Shown here piece by piece: positions 1-9,457 of a stretch of DNA of 64,000 nucleotides (position 1 is the first letter of the stretch; each line of letters starts with the position of its first letter). The DNA comes from Candidatus Dojkabacteria bacterium (lineage in GTDB: Bacteria; Patescibacteriota; Dojkabacteria; SC72): NCBI GenBank assembly GCA_050950165.1, contig JBMNHC010000001.1, forward strand, positions 657,073 through 721,072, in the 5' to 3' direction. The position numbers and the translations under genes are program-made. Below the pieces are notes generated by a model that searched no databases, had not been told where the DNA came from, and saw nothing but the letters and a program-made list of their open reading frames with translations.

Positions 1-1266
1 GTAGCAATGATATATAGCTTTGGTGTTAATGATGAAGATGTGGATGGAATGTTAGATGAAGATCCAGAGAATACAGATATGTTAGATAGTAATTCTAGAG
101 ATTTCTTAGACAGAGCAATTGAGGATTACAATAAAATGTTTGGGACATCATTTGATACATCATCGTATAAGTTTCAAAACTATTACAAAGATGTTAGTCG
201 AAGAGTGAAAGATCGAGAGGTAGACATTCTACTTGTTGTTAGTATGTTCTTAACAGGATTTGATGCTACAACTCTTAATACTCTTTGGGTTGATAAAAAT
301 TTAAGGTTACATGGTCTTCTTCAAGCATACTCAAGGACAAATCGTATATTAAATACAGTCAAGACATTTGGAAATATTGTATGTTTTAGGAATTTAGAAC
401 AAGCTACTAATGAATCTATTGCTCTATTTGGTGACAAAGAAGCTAGTGGTATTGTATTACTAAAATCTTACGAAGATTACTATCACGGATACCAAGATGG
501 TGATAAGGAGGTTAGGGGCTATGAGAGTTTAGTAAAAGAGCTTTTAGAGAAATTCCCTGTTGGAGACATCATTGTTGGCGAGCAAAATCAGAAAGATTTT
601 ATCAAACTGTATGGTGCAATATTAAGAGTGAGAAATATTTTAACAACATTTGATGAGTTTGAGGGGAATGAGATATTAACAGATAGAGATGTTCAAGATT
701 ACCATAGTATGTATATTGATTTGTACAATGAGTTTAAGAAGGCAGAAGATTCTGAGAAGGAAAATATTAATGATGATGTTGTATTTGAGATGGAGCTTAT
801 TAAGCAGGTTGATATAGATATTGATTATATTCTTGCATTAATTAAGAAATATCATGAAGATCATATTAAAAACAAGGAGATTTTGGTTGATATTAACAAG
901 GCGATTGATGCAAGTATGAAGTTAAGGAACAAGAAGGAATTAATTAACCAGTTTATTTCTTCTCTTGATATATCTTCATCGGTTGATGAGGATTGGACTA
1001 AGTTTGTTGAAAAGAAAAGGATAGAAGAGTTGGATAGGATTATTGAAGAAGAGAATCTTAATAGAGAAGAAGCATATAAATTTGTTAAAAATGCTTTCCG
1101 TGATGGTAGTGTTCCAGTAACTGGTACAGCTATTACTACAGTATTGCCTCCGACAAGAAAATTCGATAGAGACTCACAGAGAAGTAAGATTAAGGAGAAT
1201 GTTTTGAAGAAGTTAAAAGAGTTTTTTGATAGATTTTTTGATATTTCGGGTGGGGTGTTTAACTAA
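1..1266 (+). CDS. hsdR: Type I restriction endonuclease subunit R, C-terminal part (starts upstream of the window)
   Basis: Helicase motifs VSMFLTGFDA, LWVDKNL, LLQAYSRTNR followed by an EcoR124-like C-terminal region. Confidence 0.92.
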   Translation, partial: VAMIYSFGVNDEDVDGMLDEDPENTDMLDSNSRDFLDRAIEDYNKMFGTSFDTSSYKFQNYYKDVSRRVKDREVDILLVVSMFLTGFDATTLNTLWVDKNLRLHGLLQAYSRTNRILNTVKTFGNIVCFRNLEQATNESIALFGDKEASGIVLLKSYEDYYHGYQDGDKEVRGYESLVKELLEKFPVGDIIVGEQNQKDFIKLYGAILRVRNILTTFDEFEGNEILTDRDVQDYHSMYIDLYNEFKKAEDSEKENINDDVVFEMELIKQVDIDIDYILALIKKYHEDHIKNKEILVDINKAIDASMKLRNKKELINQFISSLDISSSVDEDWTKFVEKKRIEELDRIIEEENLNREEAYKFVKNAFRDGSVPVTGTAITTVLPPTRKFDRDSQRSKIKENVLKKLKEFFDRFFDISGGVFN

Positions 1267-1333
1267 GCAGTATGAAATTAGCTGTAGAATAGTAAGTGCT
1301 ATAATAATACTAATAACTTAAAACCATAAATAT

Positions 1334-2257
1334 ATGAGAAACTATTACAGAATAATACTTGGATCTGGAAATATTTATGCTGAACAAATGTACGATGAGG
1401 GATATGTAGGTGTTAGTTTCCTCCCTGCAATAGATTTAAAAGGTAGGCTACATGAGAATTGGAGAGATTTTAATAAAGAATTCATACCCATTTATCTAGA
1501 AAAATTCCCTGAAAAATCAAGGGTAGCAGCAGGATTAGCCTGTGGTTCTATTTGGACTGTATCTAAAGGATTACAGATAGGGGATATTGTTCTAAGTCCA
1601 GATGGTGAAGGAGCATATTATATTGGCGAAGTAGAAGGAGATTATGAATATCATAAAGATACTGTATTACCACATAGAAGAAAGGTAAAATGGTATGAAA
1701 AGAAAATCCAAAGGAAAGAAATGAGTGAAAGTTTGCAGAATTCAACTGGATCAATAGGGACTGTATGTAATATATCTGGATATTCTGAAGAAATCGATAA
1801 TCTGCTAGAAGGTAATAATCAAAGGGTAGTTAGAGTACTTGATGAAACTGTTGAAGATGCTTCTAGTTTTGTTTTAGAAAAGCATTTAGAAGATTTCTTA
1901 GTAGAAAATTGGGATAAAACAGCATTAGGCAAAAATTATAATATCTATGAGGAAGAAGGAGAGCTAGTTGGACAACAATTTCCTACAGATACTGGTCCTA
2001 TTGATATTTTAGCTATTAGTAAAGATAAGAAGGTATTACTTGTTGTAGAGCTAAAGAAAGGAAGAATTAGTGATGTAGTTGTTGGGCAATTACAAAGATA
2101 CATGGGTTATGTTAAAGATGAATTAGCAGAGAAAGATCAAACAGTTAAAGGAGTGATAATAACATTAGAAGATGATATTAGACTTAGAAGAGCCTTATCT
2201 GTAACAAATAATATTGAGTTTTACAGATACGAGATTGATTTTAAGTTAAAAAATTGA
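1334..2257 (+). CDS. Restriction-associated endonuclease with C-terminal NucS/DUF91-like PD-(D/E)xK domain
   Basis: LEKHLEDFLVENW...GPIDILA...VVELKKG...GQLQRYMG motif; lies directly after hsdR. Confidence 0.8.
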   Translation: MRNYYRIILGSGNIYAEQMYDEGYVGVSFLPAIDLKGRLHENWRDFNKEFIPIYLEKFPEKSRVAAGLACGSIWTVSKGLQIGDIVLSPDGEGAYYIGEVEGDYEYHKDTVLPHRRKVKWYEKKIQRKEMSESLQNSTGSIGTVCNISGYSEEIDNLLEGNNQRVVRVLDETVEDASSFVLEKHLEDFLVENWDKTALGKNYNIYEEEGELVGQQFPTDTGPIDILAISKDKKVLLVVELKKGRISDVVVGQLQRYMGYVKDELAEKDQTVKGVIITLEDDIRLRRALSVTNNIEFYRYEIDFKLKN

Positions 2258-2282
2258 AAAACATCCCTAATTTTTGTATAAT
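2254..2282 (+). promoter_or_regulatory. sigma70 promoter with no downstream + strand ORF
   Basis: TTGAAA (2254-2259), 17 bp spacer, TATAAT (2277-2282). Confidence 0.7.
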
Positions 2283-2288
2283 ATATAT

Positions 2289-2325
2289 AGAGAGGTGGAA
2301 GCCACCTGACCCCTTTGTGTCAGGT
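2289..2325 (+). ncRNA. Candidate small pseudoknotted RNA convergent with the CdiA-C-like toxin gene
   Basis: GC-rich island AGAGGTGGAAGCCACCTGACCCCTTTGTGTCAGGT after a consensus promoter; overlapping pairings AGGTGG/CCACCT, ACCTGAC/GTCAGGT and AGAGG/CCTTT. Confidence 0.5.
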
Positions 2326-2808
2326 CTAAGCTTCCATCTTTTTTATCTCCAATACATCAATAATCTTCTTATTTTTTACAATAATAATATTTACATTACC
2401 CTTTTGATTACTAAGTAGATATCTCCTAGTTCTATGTATAGTTTCTTGTCTAATTTCCTTAATACTTTTCTTACTACCACTAATATCTAAAAATATTACA
2501 CCTTCTCCTTGTATCTGTTGTAGTCCTTTCCTTGTTTGACTATCTATACTGGATTTACCTTTGGCTGATTTAATTTCTAATTTAATACCAGACCATAAGG
2601 CGTCAGGGGTTTTTAGTCCAAGATCACCTTTACCAGCTAGGAACTGTATCTTCCCACCAAACTCTCTAATTACTACCTCTGCCATACTCATCTCATGTTT
2701 ACTTGGTTCTCTTTGTCTTTTATCTATCTTTCCAATACCAGGTGTTAATCTTTTTCTAAAAGTATTCTTAACACTTTTAACCTTAATTAGAATATCTATA
2801 TTACTCAT
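2326..2808 (-). CDS. Stand-alone CdiA C-terminal-like PD-(D/E)xK nuclease (putative tRNase toxin)
   Basis: E-x9-GG...KTPDALW...LEIKS...KGLQQ...IFLDIS pattern resembling CdiA_C toxin domains; very basic protein. Confidence 0.6.
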   Translation of the reverse strand: MSNIDILIKVKSVKNTFRKRLTPGIGKIDKRQREPSKHEMSMAEVVIREFGGKIQFLAGKGDLGLKTPDALWSGIKLEIKSAKGKSSIDSQTRKGLQQIQGEGVIFLDISGSKKSIKEIRQETIHRTRRYLLSNQKGNVNIIIVKNKKIIDVLEIKKMEA

Positions 2809-2885
2809 GTATGGATATATCTAAATATCTCCATACATATTTTAAATAGTGAAAATGAATAGAAGATTAATTAATTAGGTTCTAT

Positions 2886-2914
2886 TTGACAGTGGGTAGA
2901 GTTTAGTATATGAT
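2886..2914 (+). promoter_or_regulatory. sigma70 promoter with no downstream + strand ORF
   Basis: TTGACA (2886-2891), 17 bp spacer, TATGAT (2909-2914). Confidence 0.7.
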
Positions 2915-2919
2915 ACTTA

Positions 2920-2960
2920 CCAGATGCAGGGGTTGACAGGGTCAGCCCCTCTTTCACTTT
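2920..2960 (+). ncRNA. Candidate DUF3800-associated small hairpin RNA
   Basis: AGGGGTTGAC-AGG-GTCAGCCCCT stem (2928-2950) with a U-G wobble that forms only on the + strand, then a T-rich tail; abuts the DUF3800 stop codon. Confidence 0.5.
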
Positions 2961-3880
2961 TATTTAGAAGGTATTGTATACACACAATCTATCTTAAAAT
3001 CTCTCTTTAGGGCATTTCCTTTCTTACAGAGAACACTCCATATATTTTTGTATGACTCTACTTCTTTGTTATTAAGCCTCTTATATTTCGAAAGATTATA
3101 CCCATATGAAATCATGTCTGCTAATTCCAACCCTAAATACTTAGCTCTCTTGTTTGGAAAAGAGATACTGTATATCGAATCTTTTAATGCCACTGCAAAG
3201 GAAGTTCTTGTTCTTTTATCACCCTTCTTTTTCTCATTGAAAAACTGTTCTGTATATCTAAGTATTCTTTCTCTATTAGGTGATGTTTCAAAACAGATCT
3301 CAAATTCCTTAATATCCATTTTCTTCTTTTTAACATAATCAGTTACATATTTCTTGAGAATTGTATAATATGCTATTTCCAATGGATATTGTTTGTTAAT
3401 ATCTTGAAACTTACTCTTCTTTATTACATCTAAAACCTCATTGATTGTTTTTTCTTTAAAATTTTCAATTGAAAGTCCACTTCTTTGCCAAATAGCTTTT
3501 GCTTCAGAGAATGTAGTATAGAAGGGGTTTTTAGGTGAAGTAGTAGGGACTGAAGATAGGAGGGCTCCTTTATCTACTATTACAGTAATATATCCAAAGT
3601 CTAGAGTTTCTAAATAGGGGGTAAGTTCTTGTATAAATCCTATTTCTTTCTTAGTAGGTTTCCAAAATAGTTCTTGTGAATGTATTGGTTCTTCATTTCC
3701 AAAATGTTTCAATTTTAATCGATAATAATATGTTGCTAGATTTTGAAACTCAATGTTTTTTGCAATTACACCAGTCAAAATAAAAAATGGTCTTTGATCG
3801 TTAAGGGAAGCAACACCACTCTCATCGAAATATATGGTATTTCTACTAATATTGTTTCCTTTGTTCTCTGCTTTTCCCAT
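2960..3880 (-). CDS. DUF3800 domain protein (RNase H-like fold)
   Basis: N-terminal IYFDESG...FILTGV and C-terminal GLELADMISY motifs. Confidence 0.8.
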   Translation of the reverse strand: MGKAENKGNNISRNTIYFDESGVASLNDQRPFFILTGVIAKNIEFQNLATYYYRLKLKHFGNEEPIHSQELFWKPTKKEIGFIQELTPYLETLDFGYITVIVDKGALLSSVPTTSPKNPFYTTFSEAKAIWQRSGLSIENFKEKTINEVLDVIKKSKFQDINKQYPLEIAYYTILKKYVTDYVKKKKMDIKEFEICFETSPNRERILRYTEQFFNEKKKGDKRTRTSFAVALKDSIYSISFPNKRAKYLGLELADMISYGYNLSKYKRLNNKEVESYKNIWSVLCKKGNALKRDFKIDCVYTIPSK

Positions 3881-4003
3881 GGTGAAATTATATCATTTCT
3901 CTTAAGAATTGTTGTTTTAATCTTACTTTTTTTCTTCATCATGTAATGAATTTCAGATTAACTAATATAGTATAATAGAGGAATAATATAACTATATAAA
4001 AGT

Positions 4004-4780
4004 ATGTCTACCTTACAAAATTACTACAACAATATATATACAGAAGACGATAGACTCTTTAAAGACCAAAAACATAAAACAGAATTCATACTAACTACAG
4101 ACTACATAGACAAATATCTTAAAAAAGGTATGAAGATATTAGAACTAGGAGCAGGTACAGGAGCATACTCTCTTCTTTATGCATCTAAAGGATATGAAGT
4201 AGATGCATTGGAATATGTAAAGGAGAATTTAGATATCCTTAAATCTAAGATAACTGAGGATATGAATATTAATCCTGTACTAGGAGATGCAAGAGATCTA
4301 TCAATATATGAAGATAATACCTTTGATATGGTACTAAACCTAGGACCTCTCTATCACCTAGAAGGAGAGGATAGGGATAAGGTAATACAAGAAGCTAAGA
4401 GGGTATGTAAAAAGGGAGGATTAATATACTTTGCATATATATCTAACAACTTTACATTCGTAAAATGCATAAAGAAATTTGATAATTACATCATAGAATA
4501 CAAAGAAGAGATACTAGAAGGATATAGATTAAGAGATAGTCAAAATATATTTACATTCATGTATCCAAGTGAAATGGAAGAGTTAATGAAGAAGTATGAC
4601 CTATCTAAAGTACATCATCTAACAACAGATGGTATTAGTAGCCTTCTCATTGATCGAATAAATGAATTACCAGAAGATCAGTATGAAGTATGGATAGATT
4701 ACTTAAGAACAACAGCAGAGAGAGAAGACCAACTAGGATATGGAGAACATCTATTGTATATTGCTAGATGGGAATCATAG
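4004..4780 (+). CDS. Class I SAM-dependent methyltransferase
   Basis: ILELGAGTG, GDARDL, FDMVLNLGPLYHL. Confidence 0.9.
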   Translation: MSTLQNYYNNIYTEDDRLFKDQKHKTEFILTTDYIDKYLKKGMKILELGAGTGAYSLLYASKGYEVDALEYVKENLDILKSKITEDMNINPVLGDARDLSIYEDNTFDMVLNLGPLYHLEGEDRDKVIQEAKRVCKKGGLIYFAYISNNFTFVKCIKKFDNYIIEYKEEILEGYRLRDSQNIFTFMYPSEMEELMKKYDLSKVHHLTTDGISSLLIDRINELPEDQYEVWIDYLRTTAEREDQLGYGEHLLYIARWES

Positions 4781-5247
4781 GTCTTGGTGATATTGGTAGT
4801 AGGGTTGCTGAATTAGGAAAGAATATGGGTATGGATGTGTACTATTGGTCTAGAAAAACAAGAGATGAAAAATATACATATTTAGAGTTAGAAGAATTGA
4901 TTAAAACCTCTGATTATCTCTTCTTAACTATTGCAGATGGTTCTGAGACTAAAGAATTTTTGAATAAAGAAAGAATAGATATGATGAAAAAGAATTCACA
5001 TATCATAAATACGACTGGTAATGAGGTTTGGGATTTTAATTATGCAGTAGAAAAAGTAAAAGATGGATCTATTGGTGGTATAGGGTTAGATGAAGATAAA
5101 GTGGAGATAAAAGATTATGGATGTAATGTTATGATTACTCCACATATAGCTTGGTTTACGAAAGAATCTTTTGAAGAGGATTATAGAATATGGGTTGAAT
5201 GTATTATCTCTGTGATTGATAATGATCCTATTAATATAGCTAATTAA
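4768..5247 (+). pseudogene. N-terminally truncated D-isomer 2-hydroxyacid dehydrogenase (NAD-binding part only)
   Basis: Begins at GIIGLGDIG; has IINT and ITPHIAW; the N-terminal substrate-binding segment is missing. Confidence 0.65.
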
Positions 5248-5293
5248 ATAGTTTCGAACAAATATAGAAAATGTTTTAGGTTGATATACTACC

Positions 5294-5752
5294 CTATTCC
5301 CAATGAGATAGTATCTTATCTGCAAGTACAATTAAAAAATCTTTATCAACAATCTTCTCTCTGTCATCATCATAGTGATGTGCAAAAAGCTCGTCTTTGA
5401 AAACCTCTCCATTAAATTCAACAACATCTCTATATCTAGGTAATATATGTATATGTAGTGGATCAGGATTATCTTTATTCTTCTCTTTGTAAGAATTATT
5501 CATTAAACATGTCCAATTAAAGTTTGTAGTATTAAATGCTTTTTTAAAAGCAATTTCATATCTTTTTATTAATGAAAATAGTTCTAATATATGCTCCTGT
5601 GATAGTTCAGAAAGATGTCTTTTTGATACATCTTTATACTCTATGGTGGCTCTTCCTAAGTAATATTGATTCTCCCAAAGAGTAATAAACCAATTTGCTG
5701 TTTCAAAAAGAATTACTTCATTGGGATATGCAGGGTGTGTTTTGTACTTCAT
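5294..5752 (-). CDS. HIT family hydrolase
   Basis: PLHIHILPRY HIT-like motif. Confidence 0.75.
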   Translation of the reverse strand: MKYKTHPAYPNEVILFETANWFITLWENQYYLGRATIEYKDVSKRHLSELSQEHILELFSLIKRYEIAFKKAFNTTNFNWTCLMNNSYKEKNKDNPDPLHIHILPRYRDVVEFNGEVFKDELFAHHYDDDREKIVDKDFLIVLADKILSHWE

Positions 5753-6344
5753 AATAATTAGATAGTCTTCTCAAATAGATATTGATATCAATATTAGGAT
5801 ACTTAATTTTTAATTTAGATAGATTATCAAAATCTAAATCTTTATTAGGTTTTAGATATACCTGATTAACATCATAAATATCATTGTAGGAGCTATTAAT
5901 AATTGAACAATTCTTTAATTTTACTTTTTTAAGTAAATTCTTATCATTAGATTGTAATAGTATAATTGGTTTATATCCTAAGCTTATATGAAATGGAACT
6001 CCTTCATAAGTAGAGGATGCAAAGATATATTTTTTAATGTTGGAAAATTCTGTTAATTCTCTCTCAAACTTTTTAACTAGACTCTTACCTACTCCTTTTC
6101 TTCGATATTCTTTATCTACAGCGATTCCTCTCCCTATACATATATCATTATCAATATATCCTAGCTTTATCCCTATGATATTGTCTTTAGTATCTTTTGC
6201 AACTAAGAAGATACCTGAATTAGAGTTAAGTCTTTTAGTAAACTCTTTTTTGTTTATAAAGGGTCTTTTACCTAGATATTTATTATGGAAGTTTACAACG
6301 AGATTAATCTCATCTATTTGCATTTCGGATATTTTATATCCCAT
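5718..6344 (-). CDS. GNAT family N-acetyltransferase
   Basis: IAVDKEYRRKGVGKSLV acetyl-CoA motif and FHISLGY. Confidence 0.8.
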   Translation of the reverse strand: MGYKISEMQIDEINLVVNFHNKYLGKRPFINKKEFTKRLNSNSGIFLVAKDTKDNIIGIKLGYIDNDICIGRGIAVDKEYRRKGVGKSLVKKFERELTEFSNIKKYIFASSTYEGVPFHISLGYKPIILLQSNDKNLLKKVKLKNCSIINSSYNDIYDVNQVYLKPNKDLDFDNLSKLKIKYPNIDINIYLRRLSNYYEVQNTPCISQ

Positions 6345-6366
6345 ATTGTATTTTAATACCTTTCTA

Positions 6367-6415
6367 TGACAGAGTGTCTAAACTAAGAGAAGACACTCTG
6401 TCAATTTTCTTTTAC
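6367..6415 (+). terminator. 13-bp perfect hairpin with a T-tract on the + strand
   Basis: TGACAGAGTGTCT (6367-6379) / AGACACTCTGTCA (6391-6403), then ATTTTCTTTT. Confidence 0.6.
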
Positions 6416-6420
6416 TAATC

Positions 6421-7893
6421 CTACTCTGCTTGTACAACTTCAGGTAATTGTAACTTCTCAAATGTATTATCTGGCAATATTCTGTAATACCCTGATCCCT
6501 CTGGTCCATATACACTCCAAGAGTTAACAGGAACATTGTATGTTTGTCCTGTACTTGGTGAAGTTACCATCTGATACCCTCTCATTCCCTCTAACCAATT
6601 ATCACCAACTGCATTTGCTAGAGACTGTGAATATGTACTACTTTGAGCAGTCATTGTAGCTCTTGTATTTTCAATAGGGTTAATTATTGGAAGTAATGTA
6701 TTCTTTCTCATCATCATATTCATATCAACGAAGTCAAAACTATCTTGTATCTTCTGTAAATCACCTTTTACATTTTCCCAATTCTCAGCTATTGTCATCT
6801 GCCCAAACCCATAAGCTGATGCATACTTAGTCTCACCAGCAGAGTATGGAGGCTGATATACTCCTACAGTTACTTTACCTAGGATAGGGATCCCTTGCAT
6901 TTTACCACTAAGATCGAATTCCTGTGCACTATATCCTAATATCTGAGATGGTAATACAGGACCGTCTGTTAATGTAATATTTGTTATTTCTTTAATCTGT
7001 GAGAACATCTCTTCTGCCCAAGTTCTAGGTGTATATTCACCTTTTAATTCTGTAGTGTGCATATAGCTAAGTACTGTTCTTTGATCAGATTTTATTATCT
7101 GAATGAAATCTTTTTGCTCGTTTTCAACAGCGTAATCAGAAGGTTTATCTAGCTGGAAGTACTTTCCCTTGTGTGTCTTAAAACCTTCAGGAACTTGCTT
7201 CTCATCAGGTTCTTGAGTTTGCTCTGCTAGTAAAATGTCGTCTGTAAGTACTCTTGTTCTTGCAAAACATCCAGAAATTTCCTTTAAGAGACTTTCTCTC
7301 TCTTCAAAGACCTCCGTTGGTGCCCAATATACTTTAAATGTAACAAAATCTTTTGATTTAGAAACAAGCATCTTTCCTTTTATATTGTATCCATTAATTG
7401 TTGCTGTAACATCTGCATAAGCTTCGTCCTCTGATTCTTCTAACTCTACAATATCCTGCATCTGAAAGGTCCCTTCTCCCTCTTCAGTTGTTTGTTGTAA
7501 AATTGTAGAAAATGTATTTAAGATATCTTGTTTAGTTAATTCCTGTTGTAATTTAGCAGTATAAATGAGTACTGCTGTTGTATTTGTTCCGTCCTCCATT
7601 ATAGAGACTGTTCCATTATCAAGAGCATAGAACCATCCATTTGGAACTCCAATACTAAAAGCACTCTCAGGATACTCTATCTTTGTTAATGTACAGTTTG
7701 GATTATCATTCTCTACAGTCTCAGCATAATTCTCTATTTTAGGCTTCCCTATTCCTAAATCTTTAACAAAATCCTTAACAGATTCTGTTCTAAGAAGAAA
7801 TACTAGGAGTATTAAGAGTACTAAAATTATGCAAGAGAGGATAATAGATTTCTTATGATTGGAAAAGAAATCTTTAAAAGAAAAATTATTCAT
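6421..7893 (-). CDS. Membrane-anchored extracellular protein, paralogue A
   Basis: N-terminal TM helix; collinear with 8006..9457. Confidence 0.75.
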   Translation of the reverse strand: MNNFSFKDFFSNHKKSIILSCIILVLLILLVFLLRTESVKDFVKDLGIGKPKIENYAETVENDNPNCTLTKIEYPESAFSIGVPNGWFYALDNGTVSIMEDGTNTTAVLIYTAKLQQELTKQDILNTFSTILQQTTEEGEGTFQMQDIVELEESEDEAYADVTATINGYNIKGKMLVSKSKDFVTFKVYWAPTEVFEERESLLKEISGCFARTRVLTDDILLAEQTQEPDEKQVPEGFKTHKGKYFQLDKPSDYAVENEQKDFIQIIKSDQRTVLSYMHTTELKGEYTPRTWAEEMFSQIKEITNITLTDGPVLPSQILGYSAQEFDLSGKMQGIPILGKVTVGVYQPPYSAGETKYASAYGFGQMTIAENWENVKGDLQKIQDSFDFVDMNMMMRKNTLLPIINPIENTRATMTAQSSTYSQSLANAVGDNWLEGMRGYQMVTSPSTGQTYNVPVNSWSVYGPEGSGYYRILPDNTFEKLQLPEVVQAE

Positions 7894-8005
7894 ATCGTTT
7901 AAAGATATAAAATTAAGACATTAATTAATGATAGCAGATATTTGAGTCATGTAAAGCCTAATAAATTCTCCTGCTATCTTAAGGTTATTAAACATATTCA
8001 TATAA

Positions 8006-9457
8006 TTACTGTAACTTCTCTAACGAATTGTTTGGTAATTCTCTGTAGTATCCTGGTCCTTCTGGTCCATATGAACTCCAAGAGTTAAGTGGAACATCAT
8101 ATGTTTGTCCTGTACTTGGTGAAGTTACTGTCTCATACCCTCTCATACCCTCTGCCCAGTTCTCGCTAGACTCATCACTCATAGAAGATGAATAGGTACT
8201 ACCTTTAGATGTAACTGAAGACCTTGTACTCTCCATAGGTCGATTTGATGGTAGTAATGTATTCTTTCTTGTTGCACCAATATCAGTAATGGTAAAACTG
8301 TCTTGCATCTTTTGTAATGTAGCTTTTACACTTGTCCAATTTTCAGGCGTTGAAATCTGTATAGCCCAGAAAGCAGATGAATACTTAGTTCCAAATCCAA
8401 AGTATGGAGCTTGATACACTCCTACAGTAACTTTTCCTACAACGGAAATACCAGAGAGATTTCCAGTAAAGCTAAATTCTTGTACACTATGCCCTGATAT
8501 TTGAGAAGGTAGTTTAGCACCATTTGTTAATTTTAAATTTTGAATTTTTGCAAACTCAGGAAGTGCTTTCTGTGCCCAAGATCTAGGAGTATATGCACCT
8601 TCAAATCCAGTAGCATATGCATAGCTAAAACCTGCTTTACCATCAGTTCTAGTTAAATCAATACCGCTATCTGTCTCTCCTGTAACTTGGAAATTAGATG
8701 GCTTATCTAACCTAAAATATTTTCCTTTGTATGTTTGAAAACCTGCAGGCGTTTGTTCTCTCTTTGAATCTTTGTTTTTTGCTGCAAGTAAAACGTCATC
8801 GGTAAGAACCCTAGTTCTTGCAAAGCACCCACAGATATCCTTTAAGAGACCTTCTTTCTCTGCATAGACTTTAACTGGTGCCCAATATGATTTAAATGTA
8901 ACAAATTCTCCAGATTGAGATACAGACATTCTCCCTTTTATATCATATCCATCAATTTTAGATACAATATCAGCATTTGCTTCATTCTCTGATTCTTGTA
9001 TATTTTGTATATCAAAAGTACCATTTGAAGCTTCAATTGTTCGTTTAAAAATTGTAGAAAATGCTGTTAAAAATTCTTTCTTTGTTAAATCTTTCTTTAA
9101 TTTCGCAGTATACAAGAATACTGCAGTAGTATTTGTTTGATCTTCCATTATGGAAACAGTCCCGTTATTAACCTCATACAACCATCCATTTGGAACTCCA
9201 ATACTAAATGCACTCTCAGGATACTCTATCTTTGTTAATGTACAGTTTGGATTATCATTTTCTACAGTAGCAGAGTAGTATCTATTCTCAGAACTTTCTT
9301 TTTCTGGATTACTACCACTGTTTTTTATAACACCCTTAAAAGAATCAGTTAAAAAAAAGGTAAGTAAGAGTACAATGGTAAGGATTAATATTGTTGAGAT
9401 AATGATTATAACTTTTTTATATTTTGTAAAGAAATCTTTAAAAGAGAAATTGTTCAT
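8006..9457 (-). CDS. Membrane-anchored extracellular protein, paralogue B
   Basis: N-terminal TM helix; shares NDNPNCTLTKIEYPESAFSIGVPNGW and TSPSTGQTY motifs with paralogue A. Confidence 0.75.
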   Translation of the reverse strand: MNNFSFKDFFTKYKKVIIIISTILILTIVLLLTFFLTDSFKGVIKNSGSNPEKESSENRYYSATVENDNPNCTLTKIEYPESAFSIGVPNGWLYEVNNGTVSIMEDQTNTTAVFLYTAKLKKDLTKKEFLTAFSTIFKRTIEASNGTFDIQNIQESENEANADIVSKIDGYDIKGRMSVSQSGEFVTFKSYWAPVKVYAEKEGLLKDICGCFARTRVLTDDVLLAAKNKDSKREQTPAGFQTYKGKYFRLDKPSNFQVTGETDSGIDLTRTDGKAGFSYAYATGFEGAYTPRSWAQKALPEFAKIQNLKLTNGAKLPSQISGHSVQEFSFTGNLSGISVVGKVTVGVYQAPYFGFGTKYSSAFWAIQISTPENWTSVKATLQKMQDSFTITDIGATRKNTLLPSNRPMESTRSSVTSKGSTYSSSMSDESSENWAEGMRGYETVTSPSTGQTYDVPLNSWSSYGPEGPGYYRELPNNSLEKLQ

